A stretch of 64,000 bases of DNA from Chiloscyllium plagiosum. Its lineage: Eukaryota. Every line of letters begins with the position of its first letter. The first letter of the stretch is position 1. Location of the stretch: the NCBI RefSeq assembly GCF_004010195.1, contig NC_057718.1, positions 9,702,910-9,766,909 of the forward strand, in the 5' to 3' direction. Position numbers and translations under genes: made by a program. The notes beneath the pieces are model-generated. The model was not told where the DNA came from. It searched no databases and worked only from the letters and a program-made list of their open reading frames with translations. Below, piece by piece: positions 49,901 through 62,440 of the stretch.

Positions 49901-50428
49901 CCCAATGTTAGTGAGGAGGTAGAACACTCTGGGCTTATAACCGAATGGATTCTGCAGAGCACCTAATGACCTCTCCAGCCCCACCTCTGCCTCTCCCTGG
50001 ACATCCATGACTATAGGATGTTGTCCAAAACCAGGTTTAAATGGTCCCATCAATGCCCCACTCCCCACACCCACCCTTTCTTGTGATACCAAAGAGCTTC
50101 ATGAGGAGTGAAAGTAATAGCTGGGGGAATTCCCCATTGGAAAGAGACAATGGGCTGAAGGGTCTCGTGTGCTAGTGTCCCCACTAAGGTTCCCTCCGGG
50201 ATGTTCAACAAAAGGATCTTCACTCACTCAGAGATATGGCATTATTAAGAAGGTGAAGGGAGCCGGAGTGCCGTTGGCTGACCTTCCCAATAAGCTTCAG
50301 TATGTGGTGGTCTCTAATTTGGGGACTGACAACGTCCAATCTCCTACATATTGATGACCATCCTGAGCCTCACACCGGATTCCATGGGAGTGCAGTCATT
50401 GGGAAAGTGCGAGAATGGAATTGCTGAC

Positions 50429-50591
50429 CTGCTCTGACAGAAACCTCCAGTGCCAGTTAACTTGGGAGATGGAGCACAACTCTCTGGGATTCAGGAATGA
50501 GAAGATGTAAAGCGATAGGAACCGTGGCAGGACGGTGGTGAAATCAAGGCTGGTCACTGGGATAGTCTCGGCAAACCATTTCTGGATGAAT
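50429..50591 (-). CDS. ECT2L: ECT2L exon, F-box (FIQKWF...[39 protein letters not shown])
   Basis: F-box pattern LP...IFSFL...L....V...W; 163 nt, phase 2 to 0. Confidence 0.96.
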
Positions 50592-52041
50592 CTGTGTGGA
50601 CATAAGAACCCCATTACTCCTCGATATATTTTCCAATCAACCTGTTCAGAGATATTACTCTGCCCCTCTAGAACATGAATATATGTCTCCTGGTCCAGAG
50701 CTACAGATACTACCACAATACCCAGCTCCTCTATTCTTCCTGATACTGGACTTGATGTTTTTTAATCAACCTGTTCAGATCCATGAGGTGTGCTGGGGAT
50801 TTGAACTTGGATCTTTTGGTTTGGAGATAGCAACATTGTTACAACATATATTGAATTCAAATTCCTTCAATAGATTAGATTAGATTCCCTACAGTGTGAA
50901 ACAGGCCCTTCAGTCCAACAAGTCCACACCAACCCTCCGAAGAGCAACCCACCCAGACCCATTCCCCTACATTTACACTCAATAATCAGAAACCGTCTTT
51001 ATGTCGTAACAGTAAGGACAAGAGAAAGCCATTCATCCTGTTGAGACTGCCCCATCATTTGATTACATCACTATTTGTCTGTATCTTACCTTCACTCAGC
51101 TGCCTTGTTTCCCTATCCCTAAGAATTTTATCCAATAAAAATCCATCAGTCTCAGTCTTGAGAGCTCTAATTGACACCCAGCATCCAGCAGCTTGGTAAT
51201 GCCAGGTTCATCTGGGTGAAGAAATGTTCCTTTCATGAACCCTTAGCAATTGGTTCTCTCACCATAACATCATCGCTGCTTGCCTGGATTCCCTCCACTG
51301 GGACATTGATGGGACCATTTAAAGCCTGGTTACATACCAACAATGGTAATACACTGATATTCAGGGATACAGAAGGCTCTATACTTACTGCTTCAGTATA
51401 GAAACATTGCACAATAGACGCTGCCTATAGCTAGTCAGTCTACGCCCATGTGATTCTCTCTTTGTGTTTTTAACATTCACACAGCTAGACTTTTAAGCCC
51501 TGGCTCGGCTGGCATCTATTTCTCCTTTCCTTAACTCCACCAACACTATACTATTTAGGGCCAGTGAGGAGCAACTCTGTGACATCATCACAATGTTGCT
51601 CCAGGATGCTAAAGCATTATTACAAGAACTTGCACCAAAAGGTGAACGGGCTGGAGATTTTACCAGTTATCTCTGGAGTTTTTAATATGATAATTTTCCT
51701 TAGTAGATTAAAGTGGACGAGTGGTGATCATAGGTGGTTTTCTGGTGCTGGTCATTAGTATCTCTACCTCTGGGCAAGGAACTCTGGGTTTGACAATGGA
51801 CAATAGGTGCAGGAGTAGGCCATTCAGCCCTTCGAGTCAGCACCATCATTTGTTATGATCATGGCTGATCAACCACAATCAGTACCCTTTTCCTGCCTTA
51901 TCCCCATAACCCTTGGTTCCACTATCTCTAAGAGCTCTATCCATCTCTTTCTTGGTTTGAGACCAAGACTTGATGGCCACAGTTCATAATGTGACCAAAC
52001 TGGTTGATTCTTAGCCTCTAAATTGTTCCAGTATGCCTGAT

Positions 52042-52375
52042 CATAGAATCCCTACAGTGTAGATAGAGGCCATTCGGCCCTTCAAGTCTACAACCACCTT
52101 CCAAAGAGGATCACCCCCTCCCCCACACCCATCCACCCACATTTCCCGTGGCTAACCTACCTAGCCTGCACATGATTGGACACAATGGGCAATTTAACAC
52201 GGCCAATCTACTTAACCGGCATATCTTTGGACAATGGGAGGGAACTGGAGCACCCAGAGGAAACCCACGTAGACACGAGGAAAACATTCAAACACCACAC
52301 ACAATTGCCCAAGGCTGGAATCAATCCCAGGTCCCTGGCACTATGAGGCAGGAGTGCTAACCACTGAGCCACTAT
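52042..52375 (-). mobile_element. HE1-type SINE
   Basis: Same family as 17858-18208. Confidence 0.8.
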
Positions 52376-52597
52376 GGTAACATTCAGTAAGTGCATGGGA
52401 GTTTCCTATTTGGCCACAATTGTGCAGAGTGATGACCTCATAAACTGTAGCCTCAGGCAATATTTTGTCATGAAAAATACAACTACAGAAACAGACACAA
52501 GCATCTGCCTCTAGGTGTGACCTTCGTACTGAGTTTGAGCAGGTTGTTCTGGGTTGTGGGAGGAACAGTTTGGATCGGCTGAATGTTCTATTGCCTT

Positions 52598-53950
52598 CTG
52601 TCATGGTCCAGACCAAACCCCCTCAATATATTTGAAGAAGGAAGCCTAGGCCTTAACGTTTTTTCATTTTAAAGGCAAGTGTAAAGTGCTGTGTTCCAGA
52701 TGCAATGTGACTGACCAAACTACTCGACATTAAGCAAAACACATTCATTTAAACATTGCAGTTAAAATACAAACAAAAGAAGGAGGAATTTAGAAAACTT
52801 AACTATTGGAAAGCTTAACTGAATAATAGATACAGTCCCTATTAGATTAGATTCCCTACAGTGTGAAAACAGGCCCTTCGGCCCAACAAGTCCACACCGA
52901 CCCTCCAAAGTGTAACCCACCCAGACCCATTTCCCCCTGAGTAATGCATCTAACACTAAGGGCAATTTAGCGTGACCAGTTCACCTGACCTGCACATCTT
53001 TGGACCCGAGTCCGTGGAACTGTGAGACAGCAGTGCTAACCACTGGGCCACCATTAATTACTAACTAACTGTTCCAATATTGTAACATCCCATAAACGCA
53101 CCCCTTGGCAAAAAAGGCAAATTCAGACACAGATTCTCAGATGCAGTTCCCGAATCTATGAGGAAAAAGCATCAAGATAAGAGTCAGAGGCAGTAGCAGC
53201 TAGAAGACATTCATTGAAGATTCCAACTCTTTTGAGGCCCCAACAGCTTCTGCTTAAAACTAAACCTAAAAACTAAAAAAAAGCCTGGTCTGTGAGAGTT
53301 GGCCACACCCAGGCTGCTTCCATCGTTCTGACTTTAAAATAAATGCCAAGACCTCACAAACTTGGTCACCTCCTTATAGGAAGGATGTGGAAGCTTTAGA
53401 GAAAGTGCAAAGGAGATTTACCAGGATGCCTCTTGGACTAGAGGGCATGTCTAATGAAGAAAGGCTGAGGGAGCTAGGGCTTTTCTCATTGGAGCGAAGA
53501 AGGCTGAGCGGTGACTTGGTAGAGATGTACAAGCTGATGAGAGGCATAGATGGAGTGGATAGCCAGGGTGGAAATTCCTGTCATGAGGGGAGCATAATTT
53601 TAAGGTGATTGATGGAAGGTTGAGAGGAGGTGTCAGAGGTAGGTTCTTTACACATAGAGCGGTGGGTGCATGGAATGCACTGCCAGCAGTGGTAGTAGAG
53701 TCAGATACATTAGGGATATTTAAACAACTCTTGGATAGGCAAATGGATATTTGGTTAACCTGATCTTAGAGTAGGATAAAAGGTTGGCTCAACATGGACG
53801 CCAAAGGGCCTGTACTGTGCTGAACTATTCTGTGTACTATGTTCAGAAATCATTTACTTACTTAGAGACAGCTCAGCAACTTTACCTGGCAATCTCTCCT
53901 CAAAAAAGAAACTAGGACAAAATAACCTTTTAAAGTGACAACATCGTCAT
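52598..53950. mobile_element. Interspersed repeat, possibly solo-LTR-like (copy 2), interrupted by an HE1 SINE (52841-53052) and a CR1 (53360-53842)
   Basis: Begins TGTCATGGTCCAGACCAAACCCCCTCAA; homology to 49273-49900 resumes after each insertion. Confidence 0.55.
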
Positions 53951-54194
53951 ATTTCCCCTTCCACATATTCTCATGGGGCATCTTACCACCCTGGGATGAG
54001 CTTGGACAGTTCACTGGAGCAGTAATGAATCTGTCAAATGGGACCTTTTCAGGCTAGGCTGCACCTCCCACACCTGCCTCAGGGACACATAGGAACATAA
54101 CACAGCACGGAAACAAAATATGCAAAACAGAAACAATGTTAAAAACAGCGTGAACTACTATTAAGTTGTCAGGTTGGGTTTTGATCACACTTAC

Positions 54195-54307
54195 CTGAGC
54201 AGCGATTTACTGCAGCGCATTAGGAGACTCTGTATAAACCGTTTCCTCTGTTTGTCGGTCCACAGGTCAAACCAATGACTTACCAGAGCCACTCTCTCAT
54301 CAAAGAG
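54195..54307 (-). CDS. ECT2L: ECT2L exon ([38 protein letters not shown])
   Basis: 113 nt, AG/GTAAGT boundaries, phase 0 to 2. Confidence 0.95.
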
Positions 54308-54757
54308 CTGTAAGAGGAGAAGATTCACTGCGTTATTGCTATGGGGACTTAACATTAAATTGTGTAATGAGAGGAGCAACACCGTCAGAGGCAGAGGAGG
54401 GTGTAATGGGTAGTGAGACCTGCAGGAGGAGCTCTTGTGTCAAATACCAATTTGGCCAGCCAACAAAATTACAGTCACTGCAAAAATCTACAGGCAGCAG
54501 CAGAAATCCTTTGAATATTTACAATTGTTTTTAGAAACAGCAAAAGAACATTCTACCAAATGTCACATCACCAGGTAACATGATCGAGCCCATTGAAATA
54601 AATGAAGGACTCTGCACAACCCCATTGGATGTTCCTCAGTTGAACTGAAGGCTGAGCCACAGAGTTTATACCACATCCCCATGCACCGTTAGTACAGGCT
54701 TCAGTACACCTAGCACATACCAGCTAGTAGGTAGCTGGAAGGTGATAACTTTAACAT

Positions 54758-56062
54758 TGCAGCACTCACTCAATATTGACCCTCGACAGTGCTGCACTCC
54801 CTCAGTACTGATCCTCTGACAGTGCGCCACCCCTCAGTACTGATCCTTGGACAGTGCAGCACTCCCTCAGTACTGGTTTTCCAACAGTGCGGCACTCCCT
54901 CAGTACTGACACTCAGACAGTGCTGCACACTCTCAATACTGACCCTCCAACAGTGCGGCACTCCCTCAGTACTAACCCTTGGACAGTGCAGCACTCCCTC
55001 AGTACTGATCCTCTGACAGTGCGGCACCCCTCAGTACTGATCCTTGGAAAGTGCAGCACTCCCTCAGTACTGGCCTTCCAACAGCGCAGCACTCCCTCAG
55101 TACTGACCGTCCGATAGCGCTGCACTCTCTCAGTACTGACCCTCCGACAGTGCGGCACTCCTTCAATACTGACCCCCTGACAGTGCGGCACTCCCTCAGT
55201 ACTGACCCTGTGGCAGTGCAGCACTCCCTCAATACTGACCTTCTGACAATGCAGCACTCTCCCAGTACTGATCCTTAGACAATACAGCATCCATTCAGCA
55301 CTGACACTTGGACAAGGTAATATTCCCTCAGAGTGCTTCAGTGTTGCTTCTGATGCAGTCTTCTCTACACTGGGGAGACAGGACGCCTACTTACAGAGCA
55401 CTTCAGAGAACATCTCCAGGACACCCGCACCCAACCAACCCTATCGCCCCGTGGCCGAACACTTCAACTTCCTCTCCCACTCCGCTGAGGACATGCAGGT
55501 CCTGGGCCTCCTCCATTGCCACTCCCTCACCACCCGACGTCTGGAGGAAGAATGCATCATCTTCCGCCTCGGGACCCTCCAAACCCACAGCATCAGTTTG
55601 GATTTCACCAGTTTCCTCATTTCCCCTCTCCCCACCTTATCCCAGTTCCAACCTTCCAACTCGGTATCACAGTCATGACCTGCCCTACCTGTCCATCTTC
55701 CTTCCCACCTATCCAATCCACCCTCCTCTCCGACCTATCACCATCACCCCCTCCTCAATCTACCTATTTCACTCTCAGCTACCTTCCCCCCAGTCCCACA
55801 CCCCTGCCATTTAGCTCACCACCCCCGGGCTCATTAATGAAGGGCTTACGCCCAAAATGTCGATTCTCCTGCTTCTCAGATGCTGCCTGACCTGCTGTGC
55901 TTTTCCAGTGCCTCACTCTTCACTCTAATCTCCAGCGTCTGCAGTCCTCACTTTCTCCTCAGTACTGGCTCTCTGACAGTGCAGCATTCCCTTAGTACTG
56001 ACCCTTGACAGTGCAGCACTCCCTCAGTACTGACTCTCCGACAGTGTGCAGCTCCCTCAGCA
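54758..56062 (+). repeat. 33-bp minisatellite (GACAGTGCAGCACTCCCTCAGTACTGACCCTCT), ~17 units plus ~3 units after a PLE insertion
   Basis: Periodic CAGTACTG; periodic peptides in all six frames. Confidence 0.95.
55325..55958 (+). mobile_element. PLE 3' fragment (degenerate GIY-YIG plus pLTR) inside the minisatellite
   Basis: AEHFN..SHS.EDMQVLGL...RRLEEE..IFRLGTL peptide; degenerate hammerhead at ~55835-55862. Confidence 0.85.
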
Positions 56063-56338
56063 CTATACATGGTCCAGAAAAATAAGAAGAAACGAAGCAC
56101 CGAAGTGCATCAATGTTCAAGAAAGGTTTGGTTGAAAATATGAAACAACAAAATCAAAAGCCAGAGAAGAGTTGGCAGGGGGAGGGGGGGTGGGTCTGAG
56201 GTGTGGGAAATCATGGAGAAAGTACAAAGTAAAAGGGTATAAGGTCATCACTGGTGTTGTTAAAACAAATTCGTTCATAAACCAAAGGTTGAGTAATACC
56301 ATTCTATTTGCTGCCCCTCACTACTATCTGTAATTCAC

Positions 56339-56542
56339 CTGCTGATTGGCTGCTTTATGGATCACTGGCGTCCATGTGCTGAATCTGGTTGGCTGGATAA
56401 TGGCATCCGGTTTTGAACTGGAGCCTCTGACAAAAGCCTCTGACCGCCCGAGGGGTTCAATCTCCCGCCATTGGCTCCCATGTGGCATGGGTCTAAGGCT
56501 GGTCAGCATAGCTGCCATGGCACTGGGCACCTTCTGAAACAT
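56339..56542 (-). CDS. ECT2L: ECT2L coding exon 1 (MFQKVPSAMAAM...TRFSTWTPVIHKAANQQ); exon acceptor at 56573
   Basis: TRFSTWTP motif; acceptor ttttttccacag|56573; donor CAG|GTGAAT, phase 0. The start codon choice is uncertain. Confidence 0.85.
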
Positions 56543-57139
56543 CAACCATGCACCATGCACAGGGATTGTTGACCTGTGGAAAAAATGTCACAAACACTTT
56601 CAAGAAAGGATATCAACAGGAAGGTTTCTGCTGCCACTGTCTGACTTTTCCTCCGTTGTGACTTCAGTCAGCCTGAATTAGTATCTTAGAGATAATAAAA
56701 CTAAGAAGGAAGTTTACCCTCTGGGAGGGTAAAGGCAGCTGATACACAAGAACACCACAAGCTGCAAGTTCCCTTCCAAGCCACATGCATAGACACTTAC
56801 AGCACAGAAGGCGGCTACTTGTTCCATTGTCTTCACACTGGCAAACAAACATCTGATCACACCATCCCTATTTGGAACCTAATCACTGTTCCTTCACTGT
56901 CACTGGGTCAATATCCTGGAATTCTCTCCCTAATAACACCATGGGTGCCCTTACACCCCAAGGACTGCAATTGATCAAGACGTCAGATCACCACAATCTT
57001 CTCCAGGGCAATTACAGATGAGCAATAAATGCTGGCTTTGATAGTGATGTCCACATTGCATCAATTAACAATAAAAAGGAGTAGGTTAAGGTGAACAACG
57101 AGGTTGGTAGAGAGGAACAATTCCTCTGGTTATGGCAGG

Positions 57140-58530
57140 GAATTCCAGAACAAAGATCCTTCATTGTAGGCTGGTCCAGATGACCAAGTCGCATAAGATC
57201 CATGGCACATTGGCAAATTGGATACAAAATTGGTTTGGTTATAGGAGACAGAGGATCATTGTTGAGGGGTGTGTTTTAAATGGACCAGTGGTGTTCTGCA
57301 AGGATTGGAGTTGGGACCTCTGCAGTTTGTAAGGTATATAGATGACAGTTGAAAATCTAGATGGTGTGAGCAGTATATTTGCAGATGACATGGACATTAG
57401 TGGAGTTGTGGATAGTGAGAAAGGTTGTCAAAAGATACAGCAGGATTTCGATCATTTGGAAAGTTGGGGGAAGAAATGGTAGATGGAGTTTAATCTGGCG
57501 AAGTGTGGCGTGATACATTTTGGGAGATCAAATGAATGAGGAAATAATACACTAAATGGCAGGATGTTTTGGGACATTAATATACAGAGGGATCTTGAGG
57601 AACAAGACCATATCTTTTGTAAGTGGCAACACAAGAGAATAAAGTGGTAAACATACAGCATGCTTGCCTTCATTGGCCACAGCATTGTTGCAGCTTTATA
57701 AGACTTTAGATTAGTACAGTGTGGAAACAGGCTCTTCAGCCCAACAAGTCCATACTGACCCTCCAAAGAGTAACCCACCCAGGCCCATTTCCCTCTGTCT
57801 AATGCACCCAACACTATGGGCAATTCACCTGACCTGCACATCTTTGGACTGTGGGAGGAAACCCACACAGACACAGGGAGAATGTGAAAACTCCACACAA
57901 TCAGTCACCCGAGGCTGGAATCAAACCTGGGACCCTGGTGCCGTGAGGCAGCAGTGCTAACCACTGAGCCACCGAGCCACATTAGGAGTATTGTTTGCAG
58001 TTCTGGTCACCACAATATAGGATGGATGAAGAGGCTTCAGACAGGGTGCAGAAGAGGTTTACCAGGATGTTGCCTGGATTGGAGTGTGTATTAGCTATAA
58101 GGAGAGGTTGGACTGACTTGGATTGTTTTCATGAGAGCGTCAGAGGCTGCAGAGCGACTTGAGAGAAATATTTAAAATTATGGTAGGCATGGATAGGGTG
58201 GTCAGTCAGAGCCTTTTTCCCAGGGTGGAAATGTCAAATAGTAGAGGGCATAGGTCTAAGACGAAATGGGGAAAGTTTAAGGGAGACGTGCGAGGCAAGT
58301 TTCTTGACACAGAGGATGTTAGGTGGCTGGAATGCACTGCCAGGGGAGTGGTAGAAGCAGGTATGACAGCAACGTTTAAGACGCATTGAGACAGACACAT
58401 GAACAGGCAGGGAATAGAAGGATTCAGACTATGTGCAGACAGATGGGATTTGTTTGGAATAGCATCATAGTTGGCACAGCCATGATGGGCCGAAGGGCGT
58501 CTTCCTGTGCTGAATGGTTTTATGTTCTAA
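57140..58530 (+). mobile_element. CR1 LINE fragment with nested HE1 SINE (57708-57975, minus)
   Basis: FADD remnant, RVQKRFTRMLPG, 3' tail. Confidence 0.8.
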
Positions 58531-58899
58531 AGAGACTGACCTTTAAAATGCTGTTTTAAAGGCTGTTTTAGGGAGTGATACCAGAATGCAGTCCAACAAA
58601 CGGTGTTGAGTACAGTTTGGAGCTCTCTCCACCAAGAAGCATTTAAGGCTGGGAGGCCAGTTGAATATGTTAAAACCAGATTGTTAGGGTTCCATTTGGC
58701 AAGGATATTTAGAGATTGTATAGAATGGTGAAAAATGGGCTGAATTACCTACTCCCTCCTAATGCATATGTTTCTTATCACAGGGTAGTCCTGTTTGCTG
58801 AAGTTCAAATGCGGCGCAGCCCAGAGAATTCTGTGTGCAATCCCAAAGCTTGGTGAGTGACCCAGTGATTCGGAACTTTTCAGTGTGTCAGGAGATTGG

Positions 58900-59970
58900 A
58901 TTAGGGCCGTAATGTTAGGGGCATGGCATGGATATAGGATTGGCTAACTGGCAGAGAGTGGGGATGAGGGGGTCTTTTTCAGGATGGCAGCCGGTGACGA
59001 GCGGGGTTACACAGGGGTCAGTGTTGAACTGCAACCATTCACATTATACATTAATGATCTAGATGGCAAGTGACTCAAAGCTAGGTGGAGGGGCAGGTAG
59101 AGTTGAGGAAGTGGGGAAGCTGCAGAAGGACTTGAACAGGCCAGGAGAGTGGGCAAAGAAGTGGCAGATGGAATACAGTGTGGGAAATTGGGAGGTTAAG
59201 CACTTAGATAGGAAGAATAGAGGCAAAGAATATTTTCTAAACAAGCAAAGGCTTCAGAAATCTGAAGCTCAAAGGGACTTGGGAGTCTGAGTTCATGATT
59301 CTCTTAACATACAGGTTCAGTTGGCAGTTAGGAAGGCAAATGCTACGTTAACATTCATTTCAAGAGAGCTGAAATACAAGAATAGGGATGTATTGCTGAG
59401 GCTGTATAAGGCTTTGGTCAGAGCACATTTTAAATATTGTGAGCAGTTTTGAGCCACACATCTAAAGGGTGTGCTGGCATGGGAGGGGGTCTAGAGGAGG
59501 TTTACAAGAATGATCCCAGGGATGAAGGGCTTGTTATATCAGGAGCGGTTGAGGACTCTGGGTCTGTATTCGATGGAATTTTGAAGGAAGAGGAGGGATC
59601 TGATTGAAACTTACAGAATACCGAGAGGCCTGGATAGAGTGGATGTGGAGAAGATGTTTCCACTAATAGGAGAGACTCGGACCCAAGGGCACAGCCTCAG
59701 AGTGAAGGGACGACCCTTTAGAACTGAGATGAAGAAGAATTTCTTCAGATAGAGAGTACTGAATCTGTGGAATTTATTGCTACAGAAGGCTGTGGAGGCC
59801 AAGTCATTGAGTGTATTTAAGACAAAGAGAGACAGGTTCTTGATTAGTAAGAAAGTCAAAGATTACAAGAAGGCAGGAAAATGAGGTCGAGAAGCATCTC
59901 AGCCATGATCAAATGGTGGAGCAGACTTGATGGGCCAAATGGCCTAATTTTGCTCCTATATCTTATGGTC
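58900..59970 (+). mobile_element. CR1 LINE RT/3' fragment
   Basis: QGSVL remnant, LQKDLNR..EWAKKWQM; tail ctcctatatcttatggtc. Confidence 0.85.
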
Positions 59971-60311
59971 ACATGTCACATCTGATATGAGAGGCATTTC
60001 AGTAACTTGCCTATAATTGTCCCTTTAATGATCATAAAGTTAAAAGAGGAAACAAATCTTTATCACATCAATTACCACAAATTAAGCAGCAAATCTTCTC
60101 TCCAGCACCTTCACTTTCTGCTTGTTTCTGATTGAAGTTCACTCACTTATGACACAAACTGGAAAGTAAATGGAAACAGGGATTTGTTTTACACCCACTC
60201 ACTGTGGGGAAATTCTTTCCAATTCATCTTGTCACACCAAGCAACGAGAAGCTCCCTGAAGAAACCCAGGTCCTCTGTTGAGAGTTTGAGCCATTATTGC
60301 TGATTTCTTAC

Positions 60312-60361
60312 CCTTTCAGCAGTCGCTCCTCCACAGGTGAGGCTCTCTGTATGCACAACAT
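60312..60361 (-). CDS. ECT2L: Putative upstream (first) ECT2L exon, MLCIQRASPVEERLLKG; may instead be 5'UTR
   Basis: ATG at 60361, 50 nt open, donor AGG|GTAAGA at 60311. Phase 2 joins in frame with the acceptor at 56573. Adjacent to an X-box. No homology support. Confidence 0.4.
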
Positions 60362-60375
60362 GTCACCAAGGCAAC
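60362..60375. promoter_or_regulatory. RFX X-box (GTCACC-AA-GGCAAC), candidate ECT2L promoter element
   Basis: Exact match to GTNRCC(N0-3)RGYAAC in a short non-repetitive island upstream of the gene, next to candidate donor sites. Confidence 0.65.
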
Positions 60376-60624
60376 CAAACACACACAAAACTCAATGCAG
60401 CAGGTGATTATCTTGGCAAACTCTCACAACTGCGTCTCTGGAGTATTGGATCACTGCCTCGTTACAGCTAATTCTCTACTCAAACTTCAGGGAGGCAGGG
60501 AGAAACTGGGTTCCGAAGGAGAGTCATAGTCAACTTTAAATACTCACTTTTGTTCCTCTTTCCTGCCAGACCTGCTGATGTTTTCAGCACTTTCTGATTT
60601 GACCAGTGAAAGGTAAGTTGGTTT

Positions 60625-61315
60625 CTGTGGTGCTGGAAAAGCACAGCAGGTCAGGCAGCATCTGAGAAGCAGGAAAATCGATGTTACAGGCAAAACCCCT
60701 TGATCAGGAATGAGGCTGGGAGCCTGGGGTGGAGAAATAAATGGGAGGGGAGTGGGGCAGGGGTGGGTTAGCTGAGAGTGCAATAGGTGGATGAAGATGG
60801 GGGTAGGTCAGAGGGGAGGGTGGAGTGGACAGGTGGGAAGGAAGATGGACAGGTAGGACAAGCATGATGGCGGTGCTGAGCTAGAAGGTTGGAAATTGGA
60901 TGGTTGAAACCGGAATAAGGTGGGGGGAAGGGGAAATGAGGAAACTGGTGAAATCCACATTAATGCCCTGGAGTTGGAGAGTCCCGAGGTGGAAGATGAG
61001 GTGTTCTTCTTCCACGCGTCAGGTGGTGAGGGAGTGGTGATGGAGGCGGCCCAGGACCTGCATGTCCTCGCCGGAGTGGGACAGGGAGTTGAAGTATTCG
61101 GCCACGGGGTGGTGGGGTTGATTGGTGCGGGTGTCCCAGAGATGTTTTCTGAAGCGCTCTGCGTGCAGGCGTCCAGTCTCCCCAATGTAAAGGAGACCTC
61201 ATCGGGAGCAATGGGTGCAGTAAGTGACGTGTGGAAGTGCAGATGGAACGTTGATGGATGTGGAAGGCTCCTTTGGGGCCTTGGACGGAGGTGACGGGGA
61301 AAGTGTGGGCGCAGG
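60625..61315 (-). mobile_element. PLE 3' fragment plus pLTR
   Basis: Reverse complement of the PLE 3' region; degenerate hammerhead at 60677-60707. Confidence 0.85.
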
Positions 61316-61544
61316 TTGATCCTTTTTCTCCAGATGCTGTTAAATAGGCTTTGGTTCCTCATTAATAAGGTATCCTAATCATGTCTTCATTTATTCCACA
61401 GAGTTAACATCATGCAAGGGGCTTCCAATTGTCTCTGAACTCCCTTGATATCAGGTCAAGGCTCAGCATCACTGGACCTTGTTAGAGTCATTGAAAATAG
61501 GAGCAGCAATAGGCCACTCATGGCTGGTCATTGAACTCAACCAT

Positions 61545-62440
61545 TTCCACCACCTACAAACAGAATCATCCTCCAACATTTTTGCCACCTACAAACGGAC
61601 CCTACCACCAGACATATATTTCCCTCCCCACCCCCACCCACTTTCCGTAAAGATCGTTCCCTCCATGACTATCTGGTCAGGGCCATGCCCCCCCAACAAC
61701 CCACCCTCCCATCCTGGCACCTTCCCCTGCCACTGCAGGAATTGCAAAACCTGCGCCCACACCTCCCCCCTCACCTCCATCTAAGGCCCCAAAGGAGCCT
61801 TCCACATCCATCAAAGTTCCACCCGCACTTCCACACGTCATTTACTGTATTCGTTGCTCCCGATGAGTTCTCCTCTGCATTGGGAAGGCAGGATGCATAA
61901 ATGCAGAGCACTCCAGAGAACATCTCTAGGACACCCACACCAATCAACCCCACCGCCCCATGGCCGAACGCTTCAACTCCTCCTCCCACTCCGCTGAGGA
62001 CATGCACGTCCTGGGCCTCCTCCATCACCACTCCCTTACCACCCAACCCTTGGAGGAAGAACGCCTCATCTTTCACCTCGGGACCCACCATCCCCATGGC
62101 ATCAATGTGGATTTCACCAGTTTCATCATTCCCCCTCCCTCACCTTACCCCAGTTCCAACCTTCCAACTTGGCACCGCCCTCATGACCTGTCCCACCTGT
62201 CCATCTTCTTTCCCACATGTCTGCTCCACCCTCCTCTCTGACCTATCACCTTTACCCCTAACTCCATCCACCTATTGTACTCTCAGCTACCTTCCCCCCC
62301 AGCCCTACCTCCCTCCCATTTATCTTCACCCTAAGGCTCCCAGCCTCATTCCTGTTGAAGGGCTTATGCCCGAAACAGCAACTCTCCTGCTCCTCGGATG
62401 CTGCCTGATCTGCTGTACTTTTCCAGCACCACACTCGACA
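61545..62440 (+). mobile_element. PLE 3' fragment plus pLTR
   Basis: PGTFPCHCRNCKTC, AERFNSSSHSAEDM; CTGTTGAAGGGCTTATGCCCGAAAC degenerate hammerhead. Confidence 0.85.

Larger units (their letters stand above)
2254..56542 (-). other. ECT2L: ECT2L gene span (epithelial cell transforming 2-like; F-box, DUF4347-like region, DH/RhoGEF, PH), 22 coding exons, ~1029 aa
   Basis: Exon peptides are collinear with ECT2L as recalled ([81 protein letters not shown]). Splice phases are consistent and exon lengths sum to 3090 nt with no internal stop. Confidence 0.96.

Noticed and set aside
54758..55307. CRISPR-like array or repetitive Cys/His-rich ORFs
   Set aside because: Contiguous tandem units with no unique spacers, eukaryotic context and no cas genes; the ORFs are by-products of a 33-bp period.
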